Shown here one piece after another: positions 37,590 through 48,183 of a DNA stretch of 61,522 nt. The stretch is from Alphaproteobacteria bacterium. GTDB taxonomy: Bacteria; Pseudomonadota; Alphaproteobacteria; GCA-2731375. The position numbers and the translations under genes were made by a program. Position 1 is the stretch's first letter, and every line of letters begins with the position of its first letter. The DNA lies in the NCBI GenBank assembly GCA_046582635.1, contig JAYGEA010000160.1:1-61522 (forward strand), read 5' to 3'. Under the pieces are notes generated by a model. That model searched no databases, was not told the origin of the DNA, and worked only from the letters and a program-made list of their open reading frames with translations.

Positions 37590-37935
37590 AGAGACCACTC
37601 CTCATCCTTTTATTTTGGCTGTCCTGGCAATGCTTCATAAACCAATGCCGCTAATATTATCATTATCCGCGATACTATTTAAAGTACTGTTCGCAGCTTC
37701 AGGTATTCGTAGACAATTATCGGACCGTAACATTTCAACGGCCCGATCCGCAGATGAGACATACATGGGCCGCAGTAGATTAACAACTGCCTAATGGCAA
37801 AAACTACCTAATCGATAAAACGACCAAATCTTACCACCAATCTTATCGTTGTAGGGGCAAGGGGCGAACATATCGGATGAATGAGTGTCCGAGGCCCCCA
37901 AGGACAAAACTTTCATTCACATTAACCATGGTCAC

Positions 37936-39312
37936 TTAACGATTCAAGGGGCTTAGAGGTGACCATGCCGGGTCCGAGGCGTCAATGGGCGTAATCATTT
38001 CGCGTTCGTTGTAGCCTGTCAGATCAACCGAATACAGGCGCGTGCGCCCGGCCCGGCCACCCTTTCGGGTGGGTTTTTGGCGGAAAAACATCAAAACCCG
38101 CCCATTGGGCGCCCAGGTCGGCCCTTCATCAAGGAAACTTTCCGACAAAAGCCGCTCGCCGCTGCCATCGGGGCGCATGACGCCAATATAAAACCTGCCC
38201 TTGCGGATTTTGGTGAAGGCGATCAGATCACCCCGGGGCGACCAGACCGGCGTGGCGTAGCGTCCCTTGCCGAACGAGATACGTTTGACCTCTCCGCCGT
38301 CGGCGCCCATCACGTAAAGTTGTTGGCTGCCGCCCCGGTCGGAATTGAAGACCACCCGGCTGCCATCCGGTGAATAACAGGGTGAGGTATCGATCGCCGG
38401 CCCGTTGGTCATCTGATTGATCACCCGTGTGCGCAGATCCATGGCGAAGATATTGGACTTGCCATCCCGGGCCATGGACATAATGACCTTATTACCGTCG
38501 GGTGAAAAGCGCGGCGCATAGGTCATGCCGGGGAAATCGCCCAGGACCTCCTGGCGCCCGGTATCGATGTTGTAGAGATAGACCCGCGGCGTGTTGCGGT
38601 AATAGGACAGATAGGTGATTTCCTGGCGCGATGGCGAAAAGCGCGGCGTCAGGACCAGGTAACTGCCGTCGGTCAGGAAGCGGTGGCCGTCACCATCCTG
38701 GTCCATGATGGCCAGGCGCTTGACGCGACGGTCCTTGGGGCCGCTTTCCGCCACATAAACCACCCGGGTGTCGAAATAGCCCGCTTCCCCCGTCAGACGC
38801 TTGTATATGGTGTCCGAAATGACGTGGGCGATGCGACGCCAGTTACCCGGCGTAGAAAAATAAACCAGGCCCGTCATCTGCTCGCCGGCCAGCACGTCCC
38901 ACAGGCGGAATTCGACCCGCAGGCGGCCGTCGCTTTCCACCCCCACTTTGCCCGAGACCAAAGCCTGGGCGTTCAGTACCCGCCAATCAGCGAATCGGGG
39001 CCGGGCCTGCAACGATTCCGGAGTCTGGATGAAAGACTTCGGATTCAAGGCCCGAAACAAACCGGAGCGGTTTAAATTGGCGGTGATGACACCGGCCATG
39101 CGCTTGCCCTGGTCCATCGCCGCCGGGTCGGCGCCGAAAAAATCGGGGATGGCCACGGGCAGGGGATCCACGTTGCCCTTGGTGATATCAATTTCCAAGG
39201 CCGCCAGGGCGGTACCTGGAACCAGGCCCGGCGCCGCCAGCACGAGGGTCAGGCCAAGCGCGAAACTCAATCTGGATAGGCAGGTGGTCCACATGGCAAA
39301 TTGCTTCCTCAA
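37936..39312 (-). CDS. tolB: Tol-Pal system beta-propeller protein TolB
   Basis: 458 aa, signal peptide, repeated PRFSPDG / PCYSPDGS / PVWSPRGD propeller motifs. Confidence 0.95.
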   Translation of the reverse strand: MRKQFAMWTTCLSRLSFALGLTLVLAAPGLVPGTALAALEIDITKGNVDPLPVAIPDFFGADPAAMDQGKRMAGVITANLNRSGLFRALNPKSFIQTPESLQARPRFADWRVLNAQALVSGKVGVESDGRLRVEFRLWDVLAGEQMTGLVYFSTPGNWRRIAHVISDTIYKRLTGEAGYFDTRVVYVAESGPKDRRVKRLAIMDQDGDGHRFLTDGSYLVLTPRFSPSRQEITYLSYYRNTPRVYLYNIDTGRQEVLGDFPGMTYAPRFSPDGNKVIMSMARDGKSNIFAMDLRTRVINQMTNGPAIDTSPCYSPDGSRVVFNSDRGGSQQLYVMGADGGEVKRISFGKGRYATPVWSPRGDLIAFTKIRKGRFYIGVMRPDGSGERLLSESFLDEGPTWAPNGRVLMFFRQKPTRKGGRAGRTRLYSVDLTGYNEREMITPIDASDPAWSPLSPLNR

Positions 39313-39324
39313 GTCTCTACAACC

Positions 39325-40359
39325 TCAACCACCGAGCATATCCCGGGGGTTGAAGGTCAAGGTGATTTCCCGCCATCGGGCATATTTGTCCGGCGGCAGA
39401 TTTTTTAACGGTGAACATTTCAAAACCGCGCGGCGGGCGCTTTCCGCCGCCGTGCGAAAGAACGGGTCCGAGGCGCCGCCGCCGCTGCCCCCCCCGACGA
39501 TTTCCGGCGGCTTTGACAGCGAGCCATCGGAATTCAGAAACACCTTGATCCGCACCACCAGGTTTTCCGCATCCCGGGCGCCGGCCGGAATAGACCAGCA
39601 TTGCTGTATCTGATAACGGATTGCGTCGATTTCCGACATGGTCATGGGCACGGAGCGGACCCGCGCCGGGGCCGGCGGGATCGAAATATCCTTGAACGCT
39701 TTCCGTGCTTTCGCGGTTGCCTGGCGCTTGGAGCGTTCCTGGCGGGGCTGTGGTTTCTTCTCCTGGTCCTTGTCCAACAGGGCCGCGATGCGGTCGGTGC
39801 TGAACTTCGGCCGCCAGCGTTTCGGCTTGGCCCGGGGGCGGGGCAGGCCGCGGAAGATTTTGGCCGGTTCGGCGGCGGCGACTTTTTTGGGTGGTTTCGG
39901 CTTCTCTTTCGGTTTTTCCGGTATTTTTTCGGGCTCGGGGGGCGGCGGCGCGATCACTTTGGCGGTCTCGACGGCTTTCGGCTCCGGCTTTGGTTCCGCT
40001 TTCGGCGGTTCCGGCGGCTGAACGGGTTCGGACGGCGGCGGCGGCGGCGGCGCGGCGACCTTGACGGGTTCGGGGGGCAGCGGTGGCGGGGGCGTCTTCA
40101 CCGGTTCGGGCTTTGGTTCGGGCTCCGGTTCCGGTTTTGGCGCCGCGACGGGTTTTAGCTTCGGTGCCGGCGGCGGCGCTTTTTCCGGCTCCGACTTTGC
40201 CCGTTCCTGCGATACCGTGCGTTCCGCGATGGTCACCAATTCGACGATGATGGGTTGTTCCACCATGTCCACCGGGTCCACAAGTGCGGGCAGGCCATAG
40301 ATCGCCGCCAGCACCACGCCAACGTGCAGCATGCTGGATATGGCTATTCCATTGCGCAA
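39325..40359 (-). CDS. tolA: cell envelope integrity protein TolA
   Basis: N-terminal TM anchor, long Pro/Glu/Lys/Ala-rich linker (PKPEPEPEPKPEP...), conserved C-terminal domain. Lies between tolR and tolB. Confidence 0.8.
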   Translation of the reverse strand: MRNGIAISSMLHVGVVLAAIYGLPALVDPVDMVEQPIIVELVTIAERTVSQERAKSEPEKAPPPAPKLKPVAAPKPEPEPEPKPEPVKTPPPPLPPEPVKVAAPPPPPPSEPVQPPEPPKAEPKPEPKAVETAKVIAPPPPEPEKIPEKPKEKPKPPKKVAAAEPAKIFRGLPRPRAKPKRWRPKFSTDRIAALLDKDQEKKPQPRQERSKRQATAKARKAFKDISIPPAPARVRSVPMTMSEIDAIRYQIQQCWSIPAGARDAENLVVRIKVFLNSDGSLSKPPEIVGGGSGGGASDPFFRTAAESARRAVLKCSPLKNLPPDKYARWREITLTFNPRDMLGG

Positions 40360-40371
40360 GGTCCGGCACCT

Positions 40372-40835
40372 TTATTTCTTGGCCCGGGATTCGGGTTGGG
40401 CATTGAGTTGCAGCGCTTCGGTCACCAGCGCCACCTTGTTGAAACCGGCCGCATTCAGGCTGCCCATGACTTCCATCACCGTGCCATAATCCACCGAGCG
40501 GTCGCCGCGGACAAAGATGCGCCGGTCGGTCAGGTTTTCCGATATGGCCAGCAACCGCGCCACCAGCTCCTCCCGCTTGACCAAGGTCTCCTGCAGATAG
40601 ATCTCGCCCTGCTCGTTGATGGAAACCGTCAAGGGTTCCTCATTGCCCGGCAGGTTGGCGGCCGAGGTCTTGGGCAAATCAATGGGCACGCCCACGGTCA
40701 ACAACGGCGCCGTTATCATGAATACCACCAGCAAGACCAACATCACGTCAACAAACGGCGTTACGTTAATGTCGGACATGGCGGCGTAGCGGCCGGGTCG
40801 CCGGCCCATTCGGGAACCATTCATCTGCCCCGCCA

Positions 40836-40839
<4 letters not shown>
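40372..40839 (-). CDS. tolR: protein TolR (ExbD/TolR family)
   Basis: MSDINVTPFVDVMLVLLVVFM. 4-nt overlap with tolQ. Confidence 0.9.
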
Positions 40840-41570
<731 letters not shown>

Positions 41571-42002
41571 TCAGTTACCTATTTCTTCCATTGGTTCGAT
41601 AAATCCGGTTAAGGCGCTGCGCACGGATTCGGGCACCCGTTCCGGCTTGCCGTTCCAGCCGACGCAGGCCAGGCGCACCTTGGCCCGTACAAGAATCTCG
41701 GCGCCGCGATGGATATCCTGATCCAGGTCCATGGAGGCACCGCCGATCTTGCGCAGGCGGGTGCGTACTTCAATCTCGTCGTCCAGTTGGGCCGGTTTCA
41801 GGTAATCGATTTCGCAGCGGCGCACGGGAAACATCACGCCCTCGAAATTGTACATCGCCGCCTGATCAATGCCGGCGCCACGGACCATGTCGCTACGGCC
41901 CCGTTCCAGAAAACGCAGATAGTTGGCGTAATAAACAATCCCCGAGGCATCCGTGTCTTCCCAGAAAATGCGGACGGCAAGGCGGTGCGGCTCAGGCATC
42001 AC
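41571..42002 (-). CDS. ybgC: Tol-Pal-associated acyl-CoA thioesterase YbgC
   Basis: 143 aa hotdog protein. [21 protein letters not shown]. Confidence 0.85.
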   Translation of the reverse strand: MMPEPHRLAVRIFWEDTDASGIVYYANYLRFLERGRSDMVRGAGIDQAAMYNFEGVMFPVRRCEIDYLKPAQLDDEIEVRTRLRKIGGASMDLDQDIHRGAEILVRAKVRLACVGWNGKPERVPESVRSALTGFIEPMEEIGN

Positions 42003-43056
42003 TGTCCTCCCCCTCGATCAGTGGAAGTTCGGTCTGCGGAAATTCGGTCCGCTCTTGGCCCGAACGGGGCGGGTTCAGCCCCAGATGGGCATATCCGTGG
42101 CGGGTTAGAACCCGGCCGCGCGGCGTGCGCTGCAACAGGGCCTGCTGGATCAGATAGGGTTCGATAATATCTTCGATGGCATCGCGCTGTTCGGACAGCG
42201 AGGCGGCCATGGTTTCCACCCCCACGGGGCCGCCGTCGAAATCCTCGGCGATACAGGTGAGGTAGCGACGGTCCATGGCGTCCAGACCCCGCTGGTCCAC
42301 CTCCAGCCGGTTCAGGGCGGCATCCGCCTTCACCGCATCGATCCGCGTGGCGCCGGCCACCGTGGCGAAATCCCGCACCCGGCGCAGTAAACGCACCGCC
42401 ACCCGCGGCGTGCCGCGCGAGCGTTTGGCAATTTCCAGGGCGCCGTCTTCGCTCAAATCCAGAGCCAGCAGACCGGCGGCGCGGGTGACGATCTGTTCCA
42501 ACTCCGCCACCTCGTAGAAACGCAACCGGATGGGGATGCCGAAACGCTCCCGCAACGGCGTGGTGATCAGCCCGGACCGGGTGGTCGCGCCCACAAGCGT
42601 GAACGGCGGCAGGTCGATGCGCACGGTGCGCGCCGCCGGCCCCTCGCCGATCACCAGATCCAGCTGGAAATCCTCCATGGCCGGATACAGCACTTCCTCC
42701 ACCACCGGGCTCAGGCGGTGGATCTCGTCAATGAACAGCACGTCGCGGGCTTCCAGATGGGTCAGGATGGCGGCCAGATCGCCCGCCTTGGCGATGACCG
42801 GGCCGGACGTGGCCCGGAACGAGACGCCCAGTTCGCGGGCCACGATCTGCGCCAGAGTAGTCTTGCCCAGTCCGGGCGGGCCATGGAACAACACATGGTC
42901 CAGGGCCTCGCCGCGCTGGCGGGCGGCCTCGATATAGATCCGCAGATTTTCCTTTTCCGCCCGCTGGCCGACGAATTCCGCCAGACCTTCCGGGCGCAAA
43001 CCGACGGCGGCGCCGTCTTCCCCGGCTTCCTGGCTGGCGACCAGACGATCGGTCAT
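41992..43056 (-). CDS. ruvB: Holliday junction branch migration helicase RuvB
   Basis: [21 protein letters not shown]. Confidence 0.97.
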   Translation of the reverse strand: MTDRLVASQEAGEDGAAVGLRPEGLAEFVGQRAEKENLRIYIEAARQRGEALDHVLFHGPPGLGKTTLAQIVARELGVSFRATSGPVIAKAGDLAAILTHLEARDVLFIDEIHRLSPVVEEVLYPAMEDFQLDLVIGEGPAARTVRIDLPPFTLVGATTRSGLITTPLRERFGIPIRLRFYEVAELEQIVTRAAGLLALDLSEDGALEIAKRSRGTPRVAVRLLRRVRDFATVAGATRIDAVKADAALNRLEVDQRGLDAMDRRYLTCIAEDFDGGPVGVETMAASLSEQRDAIEDIIEPYLIQQALLQRTPRGRVLTRHGYAHLGLNPPRSGQERTEFPQTELPLIEGEDSDA

Positions 43057-43658
43057 GACGCCAGATGCCGCAGGCTGTCGCGGATCAAGGCTTGCAGTTC
43101 CGCCGCCTCGCCCAGGCTGTTGGCCGCCGTCTGCACGGCGCGGTGGGCCTCCGACGGGCGGTAGCCAAGATTAACCAGGGCCGAAATCGCATCCACCGCC
43201 GGGCCTTGCGCCACCGGCGCGGCATCCGGGCCGGCGGCGCCGGGGCCGAGGGCAAGATCGCCGACCTTGTCTTTCAATTCAGAGATGATACGGCCGCCCA
43301 CCTTGGGACCAACGCCGGGTGCGCGGGTGACCATGGCTTTATCCTGGGCCAGCACGGCCCGGGTTAATTCGCCGGGCGCCAAGGTGGACAGGATCGCCAG
43401 GGCGACCTTGGCGCCAACGCCCTGCACGCTCATTAACAGTTTGAACCAATCCCGCTCCGCCGCCTCCAGAAAGCCATAGAGATGGATATGATCTTCGCGC
43501 ACATGGGTCTCGATCAATAAGGAAATGGCATCACCTCGTTCGCCCAGATTGGCCAAAGTGCGGCCCGAACAGAATACCAGATAGCCCACCCCGCCCACAT
43601 CGACAATGCAATCAGTGGCGCCGCTCGTATCCAGACGCCCGGAAAGCTTTGCGATCAT
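43053..43658 (-). CDS. ruvA: Holliday junction DNA-binding protein RuvA
   Basis: MIAKLSGRL...[10 protein letters not shown], HhH motifs ([13 protein letters not shown]). Confidence 0.95.
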   Translation of the reverse strand: MIAKLSGRLDTSGATDCIVDVGGVGYLVFCSGRTLANLGERGDAISLLIETHVREDHIHLYGFLEAAERDWFKLLMSVQGVGAKVALAILSTLAPGELTRAVLAQDKAMVTRAPGVGPKVGGRIISELKDKVGDLALGPGAAGPDAAPVAQGPAVDAISALVNLGYRPSEAHRAVQTAANSLGEAAELQALIRDSLRHLAS

Positions 43659-44191
43659 GCCCGCATCCCCGATTTCATCCGATTCCGGCTCTGCTTTCGT
43701 TCCGCCTGCGCAATAATTTCATTGCTGCGCCGCAAATGGGCATGACAAATGGCCACGGCCAGGGCGTCGGCGGCATCATCCTTGACCTTGCCGGCGGCGG
43801 GCAGCAAGGTTGTGACCATCATGGCGACCTGGTCTTTTTGCGCATGACCGGTGCCGACCACGGATTTCTTGATCAAATTCGGCGTGTACTCGGAAACGGG
43901 AATGCCGGCCATGGCCGGGGCTAACAGCAGGACACCGCGTGCCTGGCCCAGTTTCAGGGTCGAGCGGGGATTCTTGTTGACGAAGGTTTCCTCCACCGCT
44001 GCCTCCACCGGCTGCCATTGGCGCAAGACGTCGCCCAGGGCTTCGTACAGCTGGCGCAGGCGTTCCGCCAGGGGCAGCTTGGCGTCCGAGACGATAACGC
44101 CATGACCGACATGGCGTAACCGGCTGCCGTCCACCGCCAACACACCCCAACCGGTGCGTTGCAGGCCGGGGTCGATACCAATCAGCCGCAT
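43655..44191 (-). CDS. ruvC: crossover junction endodeoxyribonuclease RuvC
   Basis: IGIDPGLQRTGWGV, DAADALAVAICH. Confidence 0.95.
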   Translation of the reverse strand: MRLIGIDPGLQRTGWGVLAVDGSRLRHVGHGVIVSDAKLPLAERLRQLYEALGDVLRQWQPVEAAVEETFVNKNPRSTLKLGQARGVLLLAPAMAGIPVSEYTPNLIKKSVVGTGHAQKDQVAMMVTTLLPAAGKVKDDAADALAVAICHAHLRRSNEIIAQAERKQSRNRMKSGMRA

Positions 44192-44202
44192 CCCAGGTTG
44201 TC

Positions 44203-44952
44203 CTAACCGTTCAACTTTTGCATGACATCGTCGGACACTTCGAAATTGGCCGAAACCTGTTGCACATCGTCACTGTCGTCGAGAGCCTCCAGCAGCTTGA
44301 ACAGGGTCGAGGCACCGCCCTCGTCCAGGGGAATGGTGTTTTGCGAGCGCCAGGTCAGCCGCGCCGAATTCGGCTCGCCGAAGCGTTCCTCCAGGGCCTT
44401 GGCCACCTCATGCAGGTCACCCGCCCCGCAGTATATTTCGTGGCCGCCGTCGTGGCTGTCCACATCATCGGCGCCGGCCTCCACCGCCGCCTCGAACACC
44501 GTGTCGGTGTCGGCGACCTCGACCGGGTATTCGATGGTTCCGACCCGGTCGAATTGATAAGATACGCTGCCCGTTTCGCCCAGGTTGCCGCCGAATTTGG
44601 AGAATGCGGCGCGCACTTCCGAGGCCGTGCGGTTGCGGTTGTCGGTCAGGGCCTCGACAATCAGGCAGACGCCCCCCGGCCCGTAGCCCTCGTAGCGGAT
44701 TTCCTCGAAATTATCGCCTTCGCCCGTTGCCGTGGCCCGTTTGACGGCGCGGGCCACATTATCCTTGGGCATGTTGGCGGCGCGTGCGGCTTGAATGGCC
44801 GATCGCAGACGCGGGTTCATGTCCGGTTCGGGCAGGCCGCTGCGCGCCGCCACGGTGATCTCGCGGATCAGTTTGGTGAAAATCTTCGACCGCTTGGCGT
44901 CCTGCGCGCCCTTGCGGTGCATGATGTTCTTGAATTGTGAATGGCCTGCCAT
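44203..44952 (-). CDS. yebC: YebC/PmpR-family DNA-binding transcriptional regulator
   Basis: [25 protein letters not shown]. Confidence 0.95.
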   Translation of the reverse strand: MAGHSQFKNIMHRKGAQDAKRSKIFTKLIREITVAARSGLPEPDMNPRLRSAIQAARAANMPKDNVARAVKRATATGEGDNFEEIRYEGYGPGGVCLIVEALTDNRNRTASEVRAAFSKFGGNLGETGSVSYQFDRVGTIEYPVEVADTDTVFEAAVEAGADDVDSHDGGHEIYCGAGDLHEVAKALEERFGEPNSARLTWRSQNTIPLDEGGASTLFKLLEALDDSDDVQQVSANFEVSDDVMQKLNG

Positions 44953-45112
44953 TGCTCTTAATCAGCTCTCGATCAACTTTTCTCTCTTGCGCAGCATTCG
45001 AATTGCCTCACGAATCGCTTTGCAAGATTCGCCTGAAATTTACCAGATATTGTGGTCAGGCGCAGCACATACCCATAAACGGCCAATATGGCAAGAATGG
45101 GGCGGCGCGGCG

Positions 45113-46699
45113 CTAATAATTGGCCGCAATCGGGCGGCCATTCGGATAGGCCCTGATCCAGCGGAATTCGGTTGCCATGTTGTCGTCGGTCAGCACCGTC
45201 AGGTCTTTGGTCCGGGCTGCCATGTCCGCCCCGGTTTCCCAGGTTGGCGCGCCATGCCAGGCTGGCTTGGTCAACAGATCGAACAAGTCAAAATGGTGCC
45301 ATGCCGGCCCCACCACCGCCGTTCCATCGATCCGCCACTGGCGCAGTTTTTCACCGAAGCGGGCCTTGTCGATGACAATTGGCTGGTTGCCGGCGATGAC
45401 CATGTTTTCATAGCGCATGGCGTCGGGGAACACCGACAGCAGTGTTTTTTGCGTCACCGCCGAACGGGTCGTATTGACATACAGCCTGCCGTCGGGCCGC
45501 AGCCGCGCGCGGGTCAGGGTAAAATATTCAGCCGACAACAGGTTGGTGGCGTGGGCCCGCCAATAGACGATGGTATTCTGCACGATCACGTCAAAGAGCC
45601 GCTCCGTGCGCCGCAGGAAACGGCGCCCATCATCGATGATGATTGTCACCTTGGGATTATCCAGCAAGCTGGCGACGATGGGTTGGCGGGGGACCATGCG
45701 GACGAAACCGAGATTAATCTCGACCACCGTGATGGTTTTTACGTCCGGGTGGTGGGCGAGGACCTGGGCCCAGGAGCCCGAGCCCAGGCCGACCAACAGT
45801 ATATCCCTCGGCCCGGGGTGGAAGGCGGCTGTCAGATAGGCGCGGGCGACGCGGTTGTGGTCTTTGCCAGGCAGGGGGTTGACGTTGAAGCGGCCTTCGT
45901 AAGCGCCCCCGCTGTAGATATTGCCGCTGCGCGAGATGGCAACGATACCGCTGTTTGTTTCAATTACCGTCGGCAGCGGACCCCAGCGCCGGTATTCGCC
46001 GCCATAGTGCAGTTGGCCGTAGATATCGGCATATAGTTTCGGCGTCTCATGGGCCAGCAACAGCCCGGCCGCGATCATGCCCGCCGCCGGCAAGATCAAT
46101 CCAATTCTGCTGGACCGCCCGGCCATGAGAACCAGCGTGCTGACAACAAGACCACACAAGGCGAGCAGAAATGCGATCTGCGGCAATGTGGCGACGTCGA
46201 ACAACCAAAAGCCCGTCACCAGGCCGCCCATCACGGAGCCGACGATATTGCCCGCATAGATATAGGAAAAACCAAGCCCGGCGCGCCGATCGGGGGCCAG
46301 GGCGGCATGGGCGATCAGGGGCAGGATCATGCCCAACAGCGCCGTCGCCACGGCAACCATGGCCAGATCGGTGTTGCGGACATCCCGACAAAGCCCAGCA
46401 CAGGCCGCCATTGCCGGCACCACCATGAAAGCGGCGGCATTGGCGGTGAGCAGCACGCCGCCCAACAGCGTCATGATCCCGGTTTCGGCCATCGCTTTGT
46501 CCGCCGCGCGGCGCCGGCAGTAAATTCCGGCCACATAGGCGCCGATGGCCAGGCCGGCCAAATAAGCGCCCAGCAGCAGACCGAAGCTGTCGGCCCGTGA
46601 TTGCATGGCGAAACTGAAGGTGCGAAGCCACACGATCTCGTACGAAATGGCGATGCCGCCCGTGGCCGTGGCGATCAGGACGGCGGGCAGCAACCTCAT
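45113..46699 (-). CDS. membrane-anchored spermidine-synthase-like (SpeE-fold aminopropyl/methyltransferase) protein
   Basis: 528 aa. About 7 N-terminal TM segments, then a SpeE-like domain (ILLVGLGSGSWAQVLAHHPDVKTITVVEIN, FDVIVQN). The start overlaps the upstream gene's stop (ATGA 46696-46699). Confidence 0.75.
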   Translation of the reverse strand: MRLLPAVLIATATGGIAISYEIVWLRTFSFAMQSRADSFGLLLGAYLAGLAIGAYVAGIYCRRRAADKAMAETGIMTLLGGVLLTANAAAFMVVPAMAACAGLCRDVRNTDLAMVAVATALLGMILPLIAHAALAPDRRAGLGFSYIYAGNIVGSVMGGLVTGFWLFDVATLPQIAFLLALCGLVVSTLVLMAGRSSRIGLILPAAGMIAAGLLLAHETPKLYADIYGQLHYGGEYRRWGPLPTVIETNSGIVAISRSGNIYSGGAYEGRFNVNPLPGKDHNRVARAYLTAAFHPGPRDILLVGLGSGSWAQVLAHHPDVKTITVVEINLGFVRMVPRQPIVASLLDNPKVTIIIDDGRRFLRRTERLFDVIVQNTIVYWRAHATNLLSAEYFTLTRARLRPDGRLYVNTTRSAVTQKTLLSVFPDAMRYENMVIAGNQPIVIDKARFGEKLRQWRIDGTAVVGPAWHHFDLFDLLTKPAWHGAPTWETGADMAARTKDLTVLTDDNMATEFRWIRAYPNGRPIAANY

Positions 46700-47337
46700 G
46701 GCCAGCCCCGGGATCGCCAGAACAACCCAGCCGCGCCAACCGCCAGCAGGGCGTTCAGGGCGGCCGCGACATGGGTGGTGCCCGACAGGCCAAGGCTGGC
46801 GAACAGAAAGCCGACGGCGGCAAAGGCGCCCAGGGAGGCGCCGGCGGTATTGGCGAAATAAAGCCCGCCCACGGATCGCCCCACATTGCCCGAGACGGCA
46901 ACCTCATGGGCCACGAGCAGCGGCAGGGTGGCCCCCATCAAGGTTGTCGGCAAGGCCACGGCGAGGAAGCCGAAGGCGGCGGTTTTGGCATGTGAAATGG
47001 CCGCGAACCAATCCGCGGCCCAGGCCTACAAGGACAGGGAAGAGGCGCCAAACAGGCACAATACCAACTCGAACCCGGCAAACAGCGCCAGGGCCATATG
47101 AGGCAGAGATTTGGCCAGTGCCCCGCCCAGCAGGCTGCCCAGCCCCAGCAGAAACGCGGTGACGACAATGGTAGCCGAGGCGATGTCCGTGCCCAGAATG
47201 GTATATAGCGCCCGCTGCCAGGCCAACTGGTACAGCAGCGCGGCAAAGCCGGATAACAGAAAAATCAGATGTAAAAGCGCCCGCCCAACGTCCGACCGCC
47301 CGGCGATGGCGCTGAAGCTATCAGATCCAAACGTCAT
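46696..47337 (-). pseudogene. MFS-half-like membrane protein paralogous to the N-terminus of the downstream SpeE-like gene, split by an in-frame TAG at 47026-47028
   Basis: ORFs 47026..47337 and 46696..46959 share one frame: ...LFGASSLSL-TAG-AWAADWFAAISHAKTAAFGFLAVALPTTLMGATLPLL... FLLSGFAALLYQLAWQRAL mirrors GGIAISYEIVWLRTF of the downstream gene. Confidence 0.6.
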
Positions 47338-47692
47338 TGACCGCCGTGCGCGTTCCCGTTTCCTCGTCGCCCGTATTTAGTACGCCACGAGGCTCGATCA
47401 GCATCAGTTTGGCCAGGTTCTCGGCATGGGGTTTGTGTTCCACACCCTTGGGCACCACATACATCTCGCCCGCGCCAAGGGTCACGTGGCCGTCGCGGAA
47501 ATCGATCCGCACCTCGCCCTCGATGACGATAAATGTCTCGTCCGTGTCCGCATGTTCATGCCAGACGAAATCACCCTCCAGTTTGACGATTTTGAACTGA
47601 TAGTCGTTCATTTCGGCGATCACTTTCGGCGTCCAGGTTTCCTCAAACAGGGACAATTTTTGTTTCAGATTGATGGCTTTATGGTTCATCAC
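47321..47692 (-). CDS. cupin-domain protein
   Basis: 123 aa. WHEHADTDETFIVIEGE...VVPKGVEHKP (cupin motifs 1 and 2). The 3' end overlaps the next gene's start by 17 nt. Confidence 0.8.
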   Translation of the reverse strand: MMNHKAINLKQKLSLFEETWTPKVIAEMNDYQFKIVKLEGDFVWHEHADTDETFIVIEGEVRIDFRDGHVTLGAGEMYVVPKGVEHKPHAENLAKLMLIEPRGVLNTGDEETGTRTAVNDVWI

Positions 47693-47813
47693 ATATTCCT
47701 GTCAAATTATTGCCGTTTCTTAGTCTTTTCCCGGCCTTGGTAACATATTCTTAACGGTGTGGGCGCAGCATGGTGACAGGAATTATTCCGGTCGGGGAAA
47801 GGGAGTTTTCACC

Positions 47814-48050
47814 GTGTCGACAGCTGAAACATTAGACCGTTTGGCGCTGCCCCTGGGCGGCACCGGGCAGGAACAGGCCGCCGCGACCACGCAGGCCGGC
47901 ATCTTCGCCCTTGACGTGGCCTTGTCCATCGTCGAAGCGCCGACCGACGAGGCCACGGCCGCCAAGCGCCTGCACTATGTGGCGGAGCGTTGCAACGAAC
48001 TGACCGACCAATTGGCGCGGCAAACAGCCGAAGCCCTCTCTAAAACCTAG
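47814..48050 (+). CDS. hypothetical small protein (78 aa from GTG 47814)
   Basis: Only an ORF with a plausible GGGAG RBS 8 nt upstream of the GTG. No family recognised. The Ala/Thr-rich composition could also be GC-driven noise. Confidence 0.3.
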   Translation: MSTAETLDRLALPLGGTGQEQAAATTQAGIFALDVALSIVEAPTDEATAAKRLHYVAERCNELTDQLARQTAEALSKT

Positions 48051-48080
48051 AGCCCGCTATAACTTAAAACCCTTCCGGAC

Positions 48081-48124
48081 TTAGCGCGACCTGCGTTCTT
48101 TTGAACGCAGATAAGTTGCGCTAA
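48081..48124. terminator. nested hairpin between convergent genes (bidirectional terminator candidate)
   Basis: Inner perfect 8-bp stem ctgcgttc/gaacgcag with loop tttt (48091-48110), nested in an outer 7-bp stem ttagcgc/gcgctaa (48081-48087 / 48118-48124). Confidence 0.45.
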
Positions 48125-48183
48125 CTCATTGAAATCATTCAAATTATCAGCCGAAAATTGCTTCCAATTTTAGGCTGTTTGAT

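Noticed and set aside
39800-40200. Apparent tandem or low-complexity DNA repeats (ggcggc, ggttcgg, ccgaa patterns).
   Set aside because: Explained by the Pro/Glu/Lys/Ala-rich linker of TolA, which is read in frame across the whole region.
44995-45018. Direct repeat GAAT-N8-GAAT upstream of yebC/ruvC, as a possible alphaproteobacterial LexA (SOS) box.
   Set aside because: The alphaproteobacterial box is GAAC-N7-GAAC (GTTC-N7-GTTC). Here the half-sites are GAAT and the spacing is one nt too long.
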